The notes under the pieces: model-generated | The model's input: only the letters and a program-made list of their open reading frames with translations | Database searches by the model: none | What the model was told of the DNA's origin: nothing | Translations under genes and position numbers: made by a program | In this document: positions 42,542 to 56,390 of the stretch, one piece after another | Position numbering within the stretch: position 1 is the stretch's first letter | How the letters are laid out: the number at the start of each line of letters is the position of its first letter | Assembly: GCF_009914755.1 (NCBI RefSeq) | Contig: NC_060934.1 | Direction: 5' to 3' (one strand) | Origin: the human T2T-CHM13v2.0 reference genome, Homo sapiens | DNA: 64,000 bases

Positions 42542-43374
42542 GTTTAACAAGTTTGGATGCCAAATATATGTTTTCTAAGGAAAAAAATACCACAGTATAA
42601 TCTGTTGCTTTCTTTCAGCCTTGTGTCATTCATCACAGACTATTTACTTGACACAGCAAAACATCATATCATCTAATAATGGCCCGATTGTCAGCTTCTC
42701 AATAGACCAATCATCATCCCCATTTGACAAGCACATTTTACTCAGAAATGACATCAAAATGCAATATTTTTCTTGTCAAGCTGAACTATGCCATGCCTAC
42801 TGACTCCTGTATATTCTCAATATTCATTACCCTTTTACTTGGTCTCACCCTTTTGCTGTCAAATCGCCTCATTTTATTTATTTAATAATCTGACAAAGAT
42901 GAAAGAAATATTACCATGGGCTTATGAGACAATTGGAATGTCCTTTACTGTCATCATTTTCATTTAGATGAGAGAGGCATCCCCCGGTCATGAATTTAAT
43001 TTAAGCAATGTCTGCGTGTTGAATGTTTTGTTGTGCAGCTGTGTCAGTGTGTGTGTTTATGTGTGTGTGTGTGTTTCCAAAAGTAGTTTCCTGAGGTAGA
43101 CTTTATGTACAGCCCTCAGATTAAGTGATCTTCACCAAACTCTGCTCTTTGTTATATTGCAAAGACATTATTTTAAATCATTCAGTCTATAAACCTGAAA
43201 TAAAACCTTACTCAATTCTAAGTGGATGTCATTTAATCAACATAAATCATGGCTCTATATATTTAACATTACTTAAATTCTGTTAAAGTTTTTTGAAAAA
43301 TGATAACTAGCTGGGACATCTCTTTTTAGTAAAGATAAATTCTGAAGATCTTAGGCAAGTGTTCTTCAACAAAT

Positions 43375-43760
43375 ACCATCGATATGCTGGTTAACCCCAA
43401 ATGTATATTTTTAGTCTTGACTTCTATTATAAGGCACAGACTCCTATATCAAATTAGCATTGCTTTCTCCAAAATATTGAACTCATATGAGGTATGTCTG
43501 TGTGGCTGAGATCATACTCATTATCTTCCCTCTCCAGGTGGTTCCCCTTCCAATGTCCCCGGCTCACTAGACCATGCTTATATATTCTGAATACTGCCCA
43601 GATTTGTGTAATTTTCTTTATCTTCAATGTTGCTAATTCAAGTCAAGGCACCGTCAGGTCTCCCTGGACTTCAGTATGCTCTGTGGAAGAAAGATGTCAT
43701 TCTCTCTGTTTAGCAATTAATCTATTAGATAGCAAGATTATTTTTTCAAAAGGCCTGTAG
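43375..43760 (+). mobile_element. L2 fragments
   Basis: atatgctggttaaccccaaatgtatattt...cagactcctatatc...caggtctccctggact. Confidence 0.5.
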
Positions 43761-43790
43761 GGAGAAAGACAAGGTGAAAGATCTTAATTG

Positions 43791-43916
43791 TGGTGACCAT
43801 GAAATTTATTTTACAAACAAGGACGCTTAAGAGTGAAGGGAGCAACTACTGATAATTATTCCAGGACTATCGCCATAGAAAAGATTAGTCCCAGGAAACT
43901 GGGGTGTTGGACAGCC
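43791..43916 (+). mobile_element. MER81-like hAT-Blackjack element
   Basis: ggtgaccatgaaatttattttacaaacaaggac...gagtgaaggg...ataattattccaggac...gtcccaggaaactggg. Confidence 0.7.
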
Positions 43917-45794
43917 AGATCTTAATACTTTTCACTAGAAAGTGAATTTCACCATTAATGAAGACATAGACTTGAAGAATTAATGTAGAAATGATCGATA
44001 CCTTAGATAATAAATTAAATATCATAAGGTTGTTATTACCACTTAGGAAAATAAATTTATTTTTCTTTAACAAATAAATTCTAAAAATATTATTCCCTAT
44101 AATGTATAATGAGTAAATTTAATTTTTTTCTACAAACATGTAGAACAAACTTGCAGTAATTATAGGGTTATATTTCATAGAAGCTGCAACATGAGACATA
44201 CAGAACAAAAGCTGGGTGGTTATGAATCAAGCCATTCTAGACAATCTTTTGGCCCAGTAGATGTCCTAGTAGATGTTTCGGTAGATCAGCCACAAGTTGG
44301 TGATGACAAGGCACAGATAGTATGCAGAGATTTAATTGAAATTATCACTTCATTCTGACTGCTGCTCTTTATTCTTTATAGTAATTGGCATATAAATATT
44401 CCTTGATGCCAGAAAGACCAAAGAATTAATTTCTCCTTTGGCCGCTTCTTTGAACTGGCATTTTAACCTCTCTACACATTCATGTTTCTTCTGTTTTAAG
44501 GAAGTGATGACATTTATTCTGCCTACTTCATAGGACTCTAGGAATATTTAATGGAGTAGTACAGATGTGAGTTCTCTGCAACCTGCGTAAGTTCTTTGCA
44601 AATGATTGGTGTTATCATAAGTGCTAGACTACCAGCAGCAAAGGGAGGCCTATTTTGCTGGTTCATAAGAGCCCAGGTTGGAGACACAGTTGGCAGTACA
44701 GAAGGGTGCCCTAGTCGTAAGCTAGACAAAGCCTTGCTCACAGTCTTCCTCTGTCACAATGTTATAACAGTTTCAGTGAAATTTGAGATATGGCATTCTC
44801 ATGACTATGGTGAGAAAGTTGTTTTGACTTGTTGTTCAATCCTTGAGCAAAAATAAGCCTTTCCTAAAGTCTGCATGCTGGGTCCCTAACACTTGAAGGA
44901 GATCCATGGGCCATGCGGCTTCAGCTCCATGCAGAGGGTGGCTGCAGGTGCTGCAAGGGCAGCTTAAGTTCTGGACAGTCATCTCTGTTCAATGGAATTT
45001 GTAAGGTCAAAAAGTAGACTTAAAACCAAAGTGATGGGGCTGGGGGAGTGGAGAGGAATAGACCCTGCCTATGTGAAGTTAGTAGTGGAATAGTTCTCTC
45101 CTGAAGGTAAACCTAGTTTTCAAATTGCTTTGTTTATTGGTTGGCTTCTCTACCTGCATGAAAAGTTTATGCGTTTTAGAACGTGGCAAAACAAGTGGAG
45201 CATGACTTATGTTTCATAATGTACAGAGCTGATTTCCTGAGTTCCAGGACAATGTTCAGCCCTTTAGTCCCTTGAGAAGTTGGTTCTCTCTCTCTCTTAT
45301 CCATACCCTCCTGAAACATACACTCCTCTAAAACTCATGTTATCACCAGAAGTGTGATACCAAAGCTTAGTTAATACTTTGGGCACAGATATTTGGCTAA
45401 CTTCCTTGTAAATATGCACAGTAAACCTGAGTGGAAGTGTGCCACCCTTTCCTTCTTCCCAGTTGGTGCCAGGACAGGTGGCATCAGCCTATCCTAGCCA
45501 CCTGTCTCCAGAAACCCCAGTCTGCCCCAGGGTGGACTCCTTAGCCCACACTCTCAGCACAGCCACTGATCTTGACAATGCAAAATGCAAGCATTTCAGA
45601 GACATAGTGGGGCATCCCCACCCTGCTAGGACCTTCCTCTCTCCCACCCTCTTCAGTGCTTGGAGGCTCGGCTCCATAGGAAAGAAAAAGAAGAGTCACT
45701 CTGTTTCCTTCATCATAGGAAATTTAACTACCTCATTTTCAAATCATGGAGTGGTTCAGTTTGGAAAAGCCTCAAAGATCACTTAAGGTACTGA

Positions 45795-45920
45795 AAATTT
45801 ACAAATGGGAAAATTGAAGCCCATAAATAGAAATCTCTTGGCTAAGATCACGATGTTAATTAATGACTGAGTTGGACTTGTGTTCAGGTCTGCTGTCTAG
45901 TCATTGGCCTTCCTTCTACC
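45795..45920 (-). mobile_element. MIR fragment
   Basis: attttacaaatgggaaaattgaagccc...ctaagatcac. Confidence 0.6.
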
Positions 45921-46724
45921 CGTCGTGATTCCAATGGAAGATAAAATGTGTGCTGGGACACATTTTATCTTACCTAGTTCCGGACAATCATCTTTATTAA
46001 TAATGCACCATCACTTAAGAGTATGTGCATAATGGCATTGCATTTATTTTCTTTATTGATCATTATGAATATTTCAGTGCTATTTCATTTTTCTAAGGAC
46101 TGTCATAAATGGCTAGGCATGTTTTAGAGATCTCACCTTAAAAATGTTTTTAAAAACTCAAATTGTGTCATGAATATGGAAGAGATACTTTTCAGCAGTT
46201 GCTGGAAAATGACATGTGCATCCCTTATATTAAAACTCTTACTTTCTATATGCCTTCCCAGTAAGTGCCTCCTGTACTCCAGAGAAAACCATTTAGAGGT
46301 TAGATTATGATAAGGAAATGCCTTTTGCATTTGTTGTGGAATGAATAAAGGATTTATATCTTTAATGCTGCATTGAACAAATTTGCAGAGAACATTAAAT
46401 ATTCTTTACCTTGACATTTCTGATACCCATGATTTTGATAACCTTTGAGTCATGGATTGTTGATTACAAATGCCTTATATGCGTCTGACTCAAAATATGA
46501 TAAGAACTCAAACCAGAAGCATTTTTAAAAGCTTGTTTAAATTTCTGGGGTTTTTTTTTGTTCACTTCAATTATTTAAGGAATCTGAATAAACAGATTAG
46601 CTTTTCCACTTTGAGTTTACAATTAGGGACTGGAACATTTCAGCCAATAATAACCATGTTGATGATAAAAGCACACTGTGTGTATGCTGTCATCTTAATT
46701 TGCTTGAGATTTCGGTACCCTAAA

Positions 46725-47011
46725 TTTTTGAAGGTGGAGTCTCACTCTGTCATCCAGGCTGGAGTGCAGTGGCGTGATATCGGCTCACTGCAACCTCGCC
46801 TCTCGGGTTCAAGCGATTCTCCTGTCTCAGCCTCGCAAGTAGCTGTGATTACAGATGCCTGCCACCATGCCCAGCTAATTTTTCTATTTTTAGGAGAGAC
46901 GGGGTTTCACCATTTCGGCCAGGCTGGTCTCAAACTCCTGACCTCAGGTGACCCACCTGCCTTGGCCTCCCAAAGTGCTGGGATTACAGGCGTAAGCCAC
47001 TGCGCCAGGGC
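46725..47011 (-). mobile_element. AluSx with almost no A tail
   Basis: full dimer; flanks gtaccctaaattttt / gtgctctaaattttt. Confidence 0.93.
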
Positions 47012-47389
47012 AGTGCTCTAAATTTTTAACATAATGTTCTCAATACACAGTATTCCTGTAAAAACCACAATACTACATTGTCAGAGGGCACAGTTCACAT
47101 TCAATTTCCAGTGATATATCTGATTTTTATTACATGCATGGTTAGTTTAAAGTTAGTCTTAGAACTCCTTTCATTCTGGTTTCCTTATCTCCTCTATAGA
47201 TTTCCTTGTTTTAATTCTTATGGGTACATAGTTGGTGTATGTATGTATGAGGACATGAGATATTTTGATACAGGTGTGCAATGCAAAATAATCACATTAG
47301 GGTAAATGAAATAGCTATCACCTAAAGCATTTATTATTTCTTTGTTTTATGAACATTTCAATTATACTCTTTCAGTTATTTATATATAT

Positions 47390-47660
47390 TGTTGAGATGG
47401 AGTCTCACTCTGTTGCCCAGGCTGGAGTGTAGTGCAGTCATGGCTCACTGCAACCTCCACCTTCCAGATTCAAGTAATTCTCCTGGCTCAGCCTCCCAAT
47501 AGGCATGCTCCACCATGCCCGGCTAATTTTTGTATTTTTAGTAGAGACGGGATTTCATCATGTTGGTCAGGCTGGTCTCGAACTCCTGACCTCAAGTGAT
47601 CCTCCCACCTCTGCCTCCCAAAGTGCTGGGATTACAGGTGTGAGAACCCACGCCTGTCCT
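47390..47660 (-). mobile_element. AluS with small internal deletion, nested in L1MA
   Basis: dimer lacking the gtagctgggattac block of the right arm; flanks agttattt. Confidence 0.9.
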
Positions 47661-48030
47661 AGTTATTTTTAAATGTGTAATAAATTATCATTGACTGTAA
47701 TCACCCTATTCTGCTATCAAATACTAGATCTTATTCATTCTATCTTAACTATTTTTTTGTAACCATTAACCATCCCCACTTTCCCTGCCCATTAACCATC
47801 ACTACCCTTCCAAGCCTCTAGTAACCATCATTCTACTCTCTATCTCCATGCATGCAATTGTTTAATTTTTAGCTTCCACAGATGAGTGAGAACATGCAAA
47901 GTTTGTCTTTCTGTGCTCCACTGTGTATATGTATCATATTTTCTTTTTTTTTGCTTCTCCATTCATATTCTTTTATTCTATCAATTTTTTAGACTATATG
48001 TATGTATCACTTTTTCTTTATATATATATA

Positions 48031-48231
48031 TTTTTATTATACTTTAAGTTCTAGGGTACATGTATGTGCATGACGTGCAGGTTTGTTGCATATGTATACA
48101 TGTGCCTTGTTGGTGTGCTGCACCCATTAACTCGTCATTTACATTAGGTATATTTCCTAATGCTATCCCTCCCCTCTCCCCCAACCCCACAACAGGCCCC
48201 AGTGTGTGATGTTCCCCTTCCTGTGTCCAAG
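48031..48231 (-). mobile_element. young L1PA (L1PA4-like) 3' fragment nested in L1MA
   Basis: ttattatactttaagttctagggtacatg...tgatgttccccttcctgtgtccaag. Confidence 0.9.
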
Positions 48232-50245
48232 TTCATCTGTTGATGGAAACAGGTTGCTTCTAAATCTTGGCTATTGTGAATAGTGCTACAATAAACATGG
48301 GTGTGTGGATATCTCTTTGATATACTGATTTCATTTTTTTGGGGGGGTATATACCTAGCAGTGGGATTGGTGGATTATATGGTAGTTCCATTTTTAGTTT
48401 CTTGAGGAACCTCTATATTGTTCTCTATAGTTGTTGTACTGATTTGCCTTCCTACCACAAAGTACAAGGGTTCCCTTTTCTCCACATTCTCGCCAGCATT
48501 TGTTATTGCCTGTCTTTGGATAAAAGCCATTTTGACTGGGGTGAGATGATATCTCATTGTAGTTTTGATTTGCATTTCTCTGGTGATCAGTGTTGTTAAG
48601 CACCTTTTCATCTGCCTGTTTGCCATTCGTGTGTCTTTTTTTGAGAAATTTCTATTCAGATTTTTTGCCCATTTTAAAATCAGATTACTGGACTTTTTTC
48701 CTATGGAGTTGTTTGAGCTCCTTATGTATTCTGGTTATTAATCCCTTGCCACATGGATAATTTGCAAATATTTCCTTCCATTCTGTAGGTTGTCAATTCA
48801 CTTTGTTGATTGTTTTCTTTGCAGTGCAGATGCTTTTTAATTTGATGTGATCTTCTTTGTCTATTTTTGCTTTGGTTGCCTGTGCTTGTGGTGTATTACT
48901 CAAGCAATATTTACTCTGACAAATATCCTAGAAAGTATCCCCAATGTTCTCTTTTAGTATTTTCATTGTTTGAGGTCTTAGATTTAAGTATTTAATCCAT
49001 TTTGATTTGATTTCTGTATATGGCAAGAGATAGGGGTCTAATTTCATTGTTCTGCATATGGATATCCAGTTTTCCCAGCACTATTTAAAGAGACTACCCT
49101 TTCCCCAATGTATGTTCTTAGCTTGTTTGTTGAAAATTAGTTCACTGTAGGTGTATGGATTTATTTCTGGGTTCTCTATTCTGTTCCATTAGTCTATATG
49201 TCTGTTTTTATGTATCCATGCTGTTTGGGTTACAATAGCTCTGTAATATACTTTGAGGTCAAGTAATGTGATTCCTCCAGTTTTTTTCTTTTTGCCCAGG
49301 TTGGCTTTGGGTATTCTGGGTCTTTTGTGGTTTCCTATCAAATTTAGGATTATTTTTTCTATTTCTGTGAAGAATGTTATTGGTATTATGATAGGTGTTC
49401 TATCAAATCTGTATATTGCTTTGGGTAGTTTGGCATTTTAACAATACTGATTCTTGCAATCCATGAACATGGAATATCTTTATTTTTTGTTCTCTCTGTA
49501 ATTTCTTGCATCAATGTTGTATAGTTTTCATTGTAGATAACTTTCATTTCTTTGGTTAAGTTTATTCCTAGGTATTTAATTTTATTTGTAGCTATTGTAA
49601 ATGAGATTACTTTTTTATTTCTTTTTCAGATTGTTTTCTGTTGGCATATAGAAATGCTATTGATGTGTGTATGTTGATTTTATGTTTTCCAACTTTGCTC
49701 AGTTTGTTTATCAGTAGTAATAGTTTTTTTGGTGCAGTCTTCAGACGTTTCCAAATGTAAGATTATATCATCTGCAAGCAAGGATAATTTGATCTCTTCC
49801 TTTCCAAATTGGTTGCCATTTATTTCTGTCTCTTGTCTGAGTGCTCTACCTAGAGTTTCCAGTACTATGTTGAATAACAGTGGAGAAAGTGGGCATTCTT
49901 ATCTTGTACCAGCTCTTAGAGGTAAGGCTTTCAGTTGTTCCCTGTTTAGTATGATACTAGCTGTGGGTCTGTCATATATGACTTTTATTGTGTTGAGATA
50001 TGTTTCTTCCATACCCAGTTTTATAAGTATTTTTATTATGAAGGGATATTAAATTTTAACAAATGCATTTTCAATATCAATGGAAATAATCATATGGTTT
50101 TTGTTCCTCATTCTGTTAATATGATGTTATCGTGTTGATTGATTTGCATATGTTGAACCATCTTTGCATCCCTGGAATAAATCCCAAGTGGTCATGATGA
50201 ATGATTGTTTTAATATGTTATTGAATGCAGTTTGCTAATATCTTT

Positions 50246-50430
50246 TATATATATGAGATATATATGATATATATATGATATATATATCATATATATATAT
50301 CATATATATATATGATATATATGATATATATATGATATATATATCATATATATATATGATATATATGATATATATATGATATATATATCATATATATATA
50401 TCATATATATATATATGATATATATATATC
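50246..50430. repeat. self-complementary (TA)n array punctuated by TGA/TCA
   Basis: direct inspection; includes a perfect 32-bp palindrome at 50267-50298. Confidence 0.95.
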
Positions 50431-50463
50431 TTTGTCTGGTTTTGTTATCAGAGTAATACGGGC

Positions 50464-51100
50464 CTAATAGAAGTTTGGAAGTATTTCCTCCTCCTCCTCT
50501 AATTTTTGGAATAGTTTAAGTAGGATTGGTATTAGTTCTTCATTAAATATTTGGTAAAATTCAGCGGTGAAGCCGTCTGGTCTTGGGCCTTTCTTTGCTG
50601 CGATACTTTTTATTACAGCTTTGATCTCATTACTTGTTATTCGTCTATTCAGGTTTTGGATTTCTTCATGTTTCAATCTTGGTAGGTTGTATGTATCTAG
50701 GAATTTATCCTTTTCTTGTAGGTTTTTCAATTTATTGACATATATTTGCTCATATTAATCTCTAATTATTCTTTGAATTTCTTCAATATAAATTATGACA
50801 TATCTTTTTCAATCTCTGATTTATTTGGATCTTCTCTTTTTGTAGTTAGTTTAGCTAAAGTTTTGTTGATTTTGTTTATTTTTACAAAAAATCAACTTCA
50901 TTTTGTTGATTTTTTGTATTTTTTATTTCAATTTTATTTATTTCTGCTATATTCTTTATTATTTCTTTTCTTCTACTAATTTTAGATTTTGTTTGTTCTT
51001 GCTTTTCTATTTCTTTAAAATGCATCATTAAGTTGTTTATTTGAAATTTTTCTACTTTTTTGATGTAGGCTCTTATTGCTAGAAACTTTTCTCTTAGCAC
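50464..51100 (-). pseudogene. decayed L1 ORF2 remnant (post-endonuclease/Z region)
   Basis: ORF-track peptides LREKFLAIRAYIKK and [12 protein letters not shown]...[13 protein letters not shown] are L1 ORF2p motifs, broken by stops and frameshifts. Confidence 0.9.
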
Positions 51101-51120
51101 TGCTTTTGCTGTACCTCATA

Positions 51121-52655
51121 TTTTTTTAACATTGTTATTTTGAAAAACTTTTATTTTAGGTTTGGGGATATATGTGAAGGTTTGTTACATACATAAACTC
51201 ATGACACAGGGGTTGTTTTACAGATTATTTCATCACCCAGGAATTAAGTCCCATACCCAATAGTTATCTTTTCTGTTCGTCTCCCTCCTGCCACCCTGCA
51301 CCCTCAAGTAGACCCCCGTGCCTGTTGTTTCCTTCTTTGTATTCATAAGTTCTCTTCATTTAGCTCCCACTTATATGTGAGAACATGTGGTATTTGGTAT
51401 TCTGCTTCTGCATTAGTTTACTGAGGACAGTAGCCTCCAGCTCCATCCATATTCTCACCAAAGACATAATCTCCTTCTTTTTTATGGCTGCATAGTATTC
51501 CATGGTGTATATGTACCACGTTTTCTTTATATTGTCTATCATCAGTGGGCAGTTAGGTTGATTCCATGTCTTTGCTATTGTGAATAGTGCTGCAATGAAC
51601 ATTCACATGCATGTGTATTTATAGTAGAATGATGTATATTTCTCTGGGTGGTATATACCCGGTAATGGGATTGCTGGATGGAATGGAAGTTCTACTTTTA
51701 GCTCTTTGAGGAATCGCCATACTGCCTTCCACAATGGTTGAATTAATGTACACTTCCATCAAGAGTGTATTTGTGTTCCCTTTTCTCTGCAACCTCACCA
51801 GCATATGTTATTTTTTGGCTTTTAAATAATGGCCATTCTGACTGGTGTGGGATGGTATCTCATTGTGGGTTTGATTTGCATTTCTCTAATGATCACTGAT
51901 ATTGTGCTTTTTTCATATGCTTGTTGGCTGCATGTATGTCTTCTTTTGAGAAGTGTCTGTTCATGTCCTTTGCCCACTTTTTGATGGGGTTGTTTGTTTT
52001 TCTCTTGTAAATTTAAATTCTTTATAGGTGCTGGATATTAGACCTTTGTCACATGCATAGTTTGCAAAAATTTACTCCCATTCTGTAAGTTGTCTTGTTT
52101 ACTCTGTTGAAAGTTTCTTTTCCTGTGCAGACGCTCTTAAGTTAATTAGATCCCACTTGTCAATTTTTGCTTTCGTAGCGATTTCTTTTGGTGTCTGTCA
52201 TGAAATTTTTGCTTTTTCCTATGTCTAGGATGGTAATGACTAGGCTGTCTTCCAAGGTTTTTATAGTTTGGGGTTTTATATTTACACCTTTAATCCATCT
52301 TGAATTGATTTTGGTATATCGTATAAGGAAAGGGTCCAGCTTCAGTCTTCTGCTTATGGCTGGCCAGTTATCCCAGCATCATTTATTGAATAGAGAGTCT
52401 TTTCCCCATTGCTTGTTTTTGTCAGCTGTGTTGAAGATCAGGTGGTCATAAATGTGTTGCCTTATTTCTGGACTCTCTGTTCTGTTCTATTGGTCTGTGT
52501 GCCTGTTTTTGCATCAGTATTATGCTATTTTGGTTATTGTAGCCCTGTAGTATAGTTTGAAGGTGGGCAACATGATGCCTCCAGCTTTGTTCTTTTTGCT
52601 TAGGATTGCCTTGGCTATTCGGGCTCTTTTTTGGTTCCATATGAATTTTAAAATT
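51121..52655 (-). mobile_element. L1PA14-16-type 5'-truncated element nested in L1MA
   Basis: acagattatttcatcacccagg...ccctcaagtagacccc 3'UTR; ORF2 C-terminus MFIAALFTIAKTWNQPNCP. Confidence 0.88.
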
Positions 52656-52690
52656 CATATAAAATTTAAATTTAAATTTATGTTCATCTA

Positions 52691-53095
<405 letters not shown>

Positions 53096-53379
53096 CTAAA
53101 GCTTCATTGTATGTTATTTCTTTCTTTCTCCTGCTGCTTTTAGGATCCTTTTTTATCCTTGATCTTTGGTAGTTTGATTGTTAAATGTCTTGAGGTAGGC
53201 TTCTTTAGGCTAAATCTGCTTGGCATGCTGTAACTTTCTTTAATTGACTATTGATATCTTTCTCTAGATTTTGAAAGCTCTCTGTTGTTATCCCTTTAAA
53301 TAAACTTTCTACCCCATTTCTCTCTCTACTTCCTTTTTAAGGCAAATAACTCTTGGATATGCCCCTTTGAGACTATTTT

Positions 53380-53790
53380 CTAGATTTGGTAGATGTGCTT
53401 CATTCTTTTTGCTTTTGTTTTCTCTGACCTTGTATTTTGTAATAGCCTGTCTTCAGGCTCACTAATTCTGTCATCTGCTTGCCCTATTCTGCTTTTGAGA
53501 GAGTCTGATGCATTCTTGAATATGTCAGTTGAATTTTTCAGCCTTAGAATTTCTTCTTGATTTTTAAAAATGATTTCAATCTTTTCGTTAAATTTATCTG
53601 ATAGGATTCTGAATTTCTTCTTTGTATTTTCTTGAATTTTGTCAAGCTTCCTTAAAACAGCAATTTTGAATTCTCTGTCTGAAATGTCACATATCTCTGT
53701 CACTCTGGGATTGGCCACTGGTGCCTTATTTGGTTTGTTTTGTGAGGTCATCTTTCCTGAATGGTCTTGATGCTTGAGGATATTCGTCAA
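53380..53790 (-). pseudogene. L1 ORF1 N-terminal/coiled-coil remnant of the L1MA element
   Basis: MTSQNKPNKAP...EICDISDREFKIAVLRKL...NQEEILRLKNS is typical of L1M ORF1p; truncated. Confidence 0.85.
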
Positions 53791-56390
53791 TGTCTAGGCA
53801 TTGAAGAGTTGGGTATTTTTTGTAGTCTTTGCAGCCTAGGCTTCTTTGTACCCATTCTTCTAGGAAAGGCTTTTCATGTATTCAAATGGAATAGAGTGCT
53901 GTGATCTAAGTTTTTTTGTCACTGCAACCTTATCAGCATTAGGGGACACACCAAGCCCAGTAACACTGACTTGCAGATTCACAGAGGTAGTGCCTTGGTG
54001 GTCTTGGGTAAAACCTGAGAGAATTCTCTGGATTACCAGGCAGAGATTCCTGTTTTCTTCTCTTACTTTCCCTCAAACAAATGAGGTCATTCTCCTCTGT
54101 GCTGAGCTGCCTTCAGCTGAGGGAGGTGCTACCACCATTGGAACTGCTCTGGTTCAGACTTAAAGCCAGCATAGCACTGGGTCTCTCTCAAGGCCCACAG
54201 CAACCATTGCCTGGCTCCCACCTATGTTCATTCAAGGCCCAAGGGCTCTTCATTCAGCATGTGGAAATCCAGCCAGGCGTGTGTCCTTCTCTTTATTGAT
54301 GTGAGCTCCCTTCAGCCCAGGGAGAGTCCAGAAATGCCATGCACAAGCCATGGCCTGGAGTCAGAAACATTAGGAATCTACTTGGTGCTCCATTTTACTG
54401 CAGTTGAGCTGGTAGCAAAGCCACAATACAATGTTTTTTCTACTCCTCTCTTTCCTCAAGTAGGAGTCTCTCCCTGTGTCCACCATAGTTATCAATGTTC
54501 TGGGTTACACCAGAAGCCAGTACTGTATGCGGGTCTCACCCAAGTCCCATGGCAAGTACTGCCTAGCTATCTCTGATGTTTATTCAGGACCCAAGGGCTC
54601 TTTATTCAGCAGAACTTGGGTTCTCACCACTGGGATGGATGACTCCCCTCTGGCTAGGGCTGGTATAAATGCTCCCTCCGTGGGTTCAGGCTGAATTCTG
54701 CCATGTTGCTTTCCACTCTGACAGACAGCATCAAGTTCTAATGCGAAGTCTCACAATCACTGTACTCTTTTAAACACATAGATTCTTCATACCACGTGGC
54801 TGCTGCTGGGAGATGAGAGAGGGGTAACGTAGGCTTCAAGACTGTCTTTCCTACCCTCTTCAGTACCTCTTTCATTAATATGATGTCAAAACAAGGTACT
54901 GTGATTACTCACCTGATTTTGTTTTTTCTGGAGGTGCTTTCTTGTGTGGATAGTTGTTCAATTTGTTGTTCGTGTGGGGGAAACAAATGTTGGAGGGTTC
55001 TATTTGGTCATCTTGTTCCCCCTCCCTAAGCTCCTCTGTAGATTTTGAATACCAATACTCGTGAGCTTGTTACACATCAGTAAGTAAGAGGTGTAGAAGA
55101 AAGGAAATAGCAGAAAAGACACTTGAGATTCTCAGTCAGGATTGCGCTTTTAGAACCAACTCTCTGCTCTGAGCCTTTATGTTGTGAGACGATAAAAATG
55201 TAATATTTAAATTCATGCTAAGCCGAAGTGCCAGAATATTAACTAAATGCAGGTGATGTTATCTTCCTCCCACAATACTATTATTTTAACTGATCTTAAA
55301 CATAAATGGAAACACAGCTCCAGCTAGCACATTTCCTATATTTAAGCCACCCCATCATGAAAAAATAAATAGGTTCATGTAGGAATTGGTAAAGTTCCAC
55401 AGCTTGAGGCAGAAATTACTGTTTGGTAGCCTATCTGATCAGTTATTTAGACACATTCGTAAACAGATCAGATTATTGATCCATAGAACTAATTGATTCA
55501 AGAAAACGGCATTTAGTGAAATTGAAATATCAGAATTTATGTCCTGTCTCAGAATCACTGGGCCAAAAAACATAACCCAGGCTTTAGTATTAAAAGATTG
55601 GAGCAGCAAGAATTTGTTATGCATCCACTCTGTGCCTGAGGCTCTGCTGAGCACTGTAGACACAGGCAGAGTCATATACTACAGACAGAATGTTAAGGGT
55701 TTATAATCCAGGGGATTTAAGTTAAATACCCCAGAATCTATTTCACTCTAAAACTGAATGCTAACATGCCCTTAGTGCTTTTTTCATGTAACTCAGAATG
55801 ATCCTTGTCCTTAACTTGGGTAAGTCCGAAGTTTGACATTCAGGCTACTGGTATTTTCTCATCACTTGACAATACATAAAGAAGTTAAACAAAGAGAGTA
55901 ATCAGTTTTCTGCTTTTTGTTTCTCAAAGTTCAATTTTCATTGCCCTCTATAGCTGAAGATATACAGTTTTCTAAGTTGTGAGAAACAAATCCTGTTTAT
56001 CTATGATTTTCCTTAATTCAAATACATCTGTGTTTAGTTGAAAAAAATGTGTATATGTGTGTGTGTGTTTTGTCTTGCTCTTTTACTTATCCCTTCTTCT
56101 TGTCCCCAGCCCTCTGCACCAGACTTATTTGAAAACATTTTTCCTGGGGGAAAAATATGTCTTTAGAAAAGTACAAAATGCCCAAAGGTAGGATACATTT
56201 AATATGAAAGAAATAATTATTAGCTAACTTAAATACCTAATTTCCAAGTTGGCTTACTATATTGGCCCACATAGAAAGAGACACCTCTTCTGATTAAAGC
56301 AAGCAAGACCATTTGGTACTATCTTCTTGGCTTCTAATCATCCTCTTTATAGAGTGATACTACTGACAGTGGGATATTATACATATGAAG

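Noticed and set aside
46470-47021. Longest ORF in the track (183 aa)
   Set aside because: Second half is antisense Alu read-through ([11 protein letters not shown]...[11 protein letters not shown]); first half is AT-rich with no recognisable domain or splice context.
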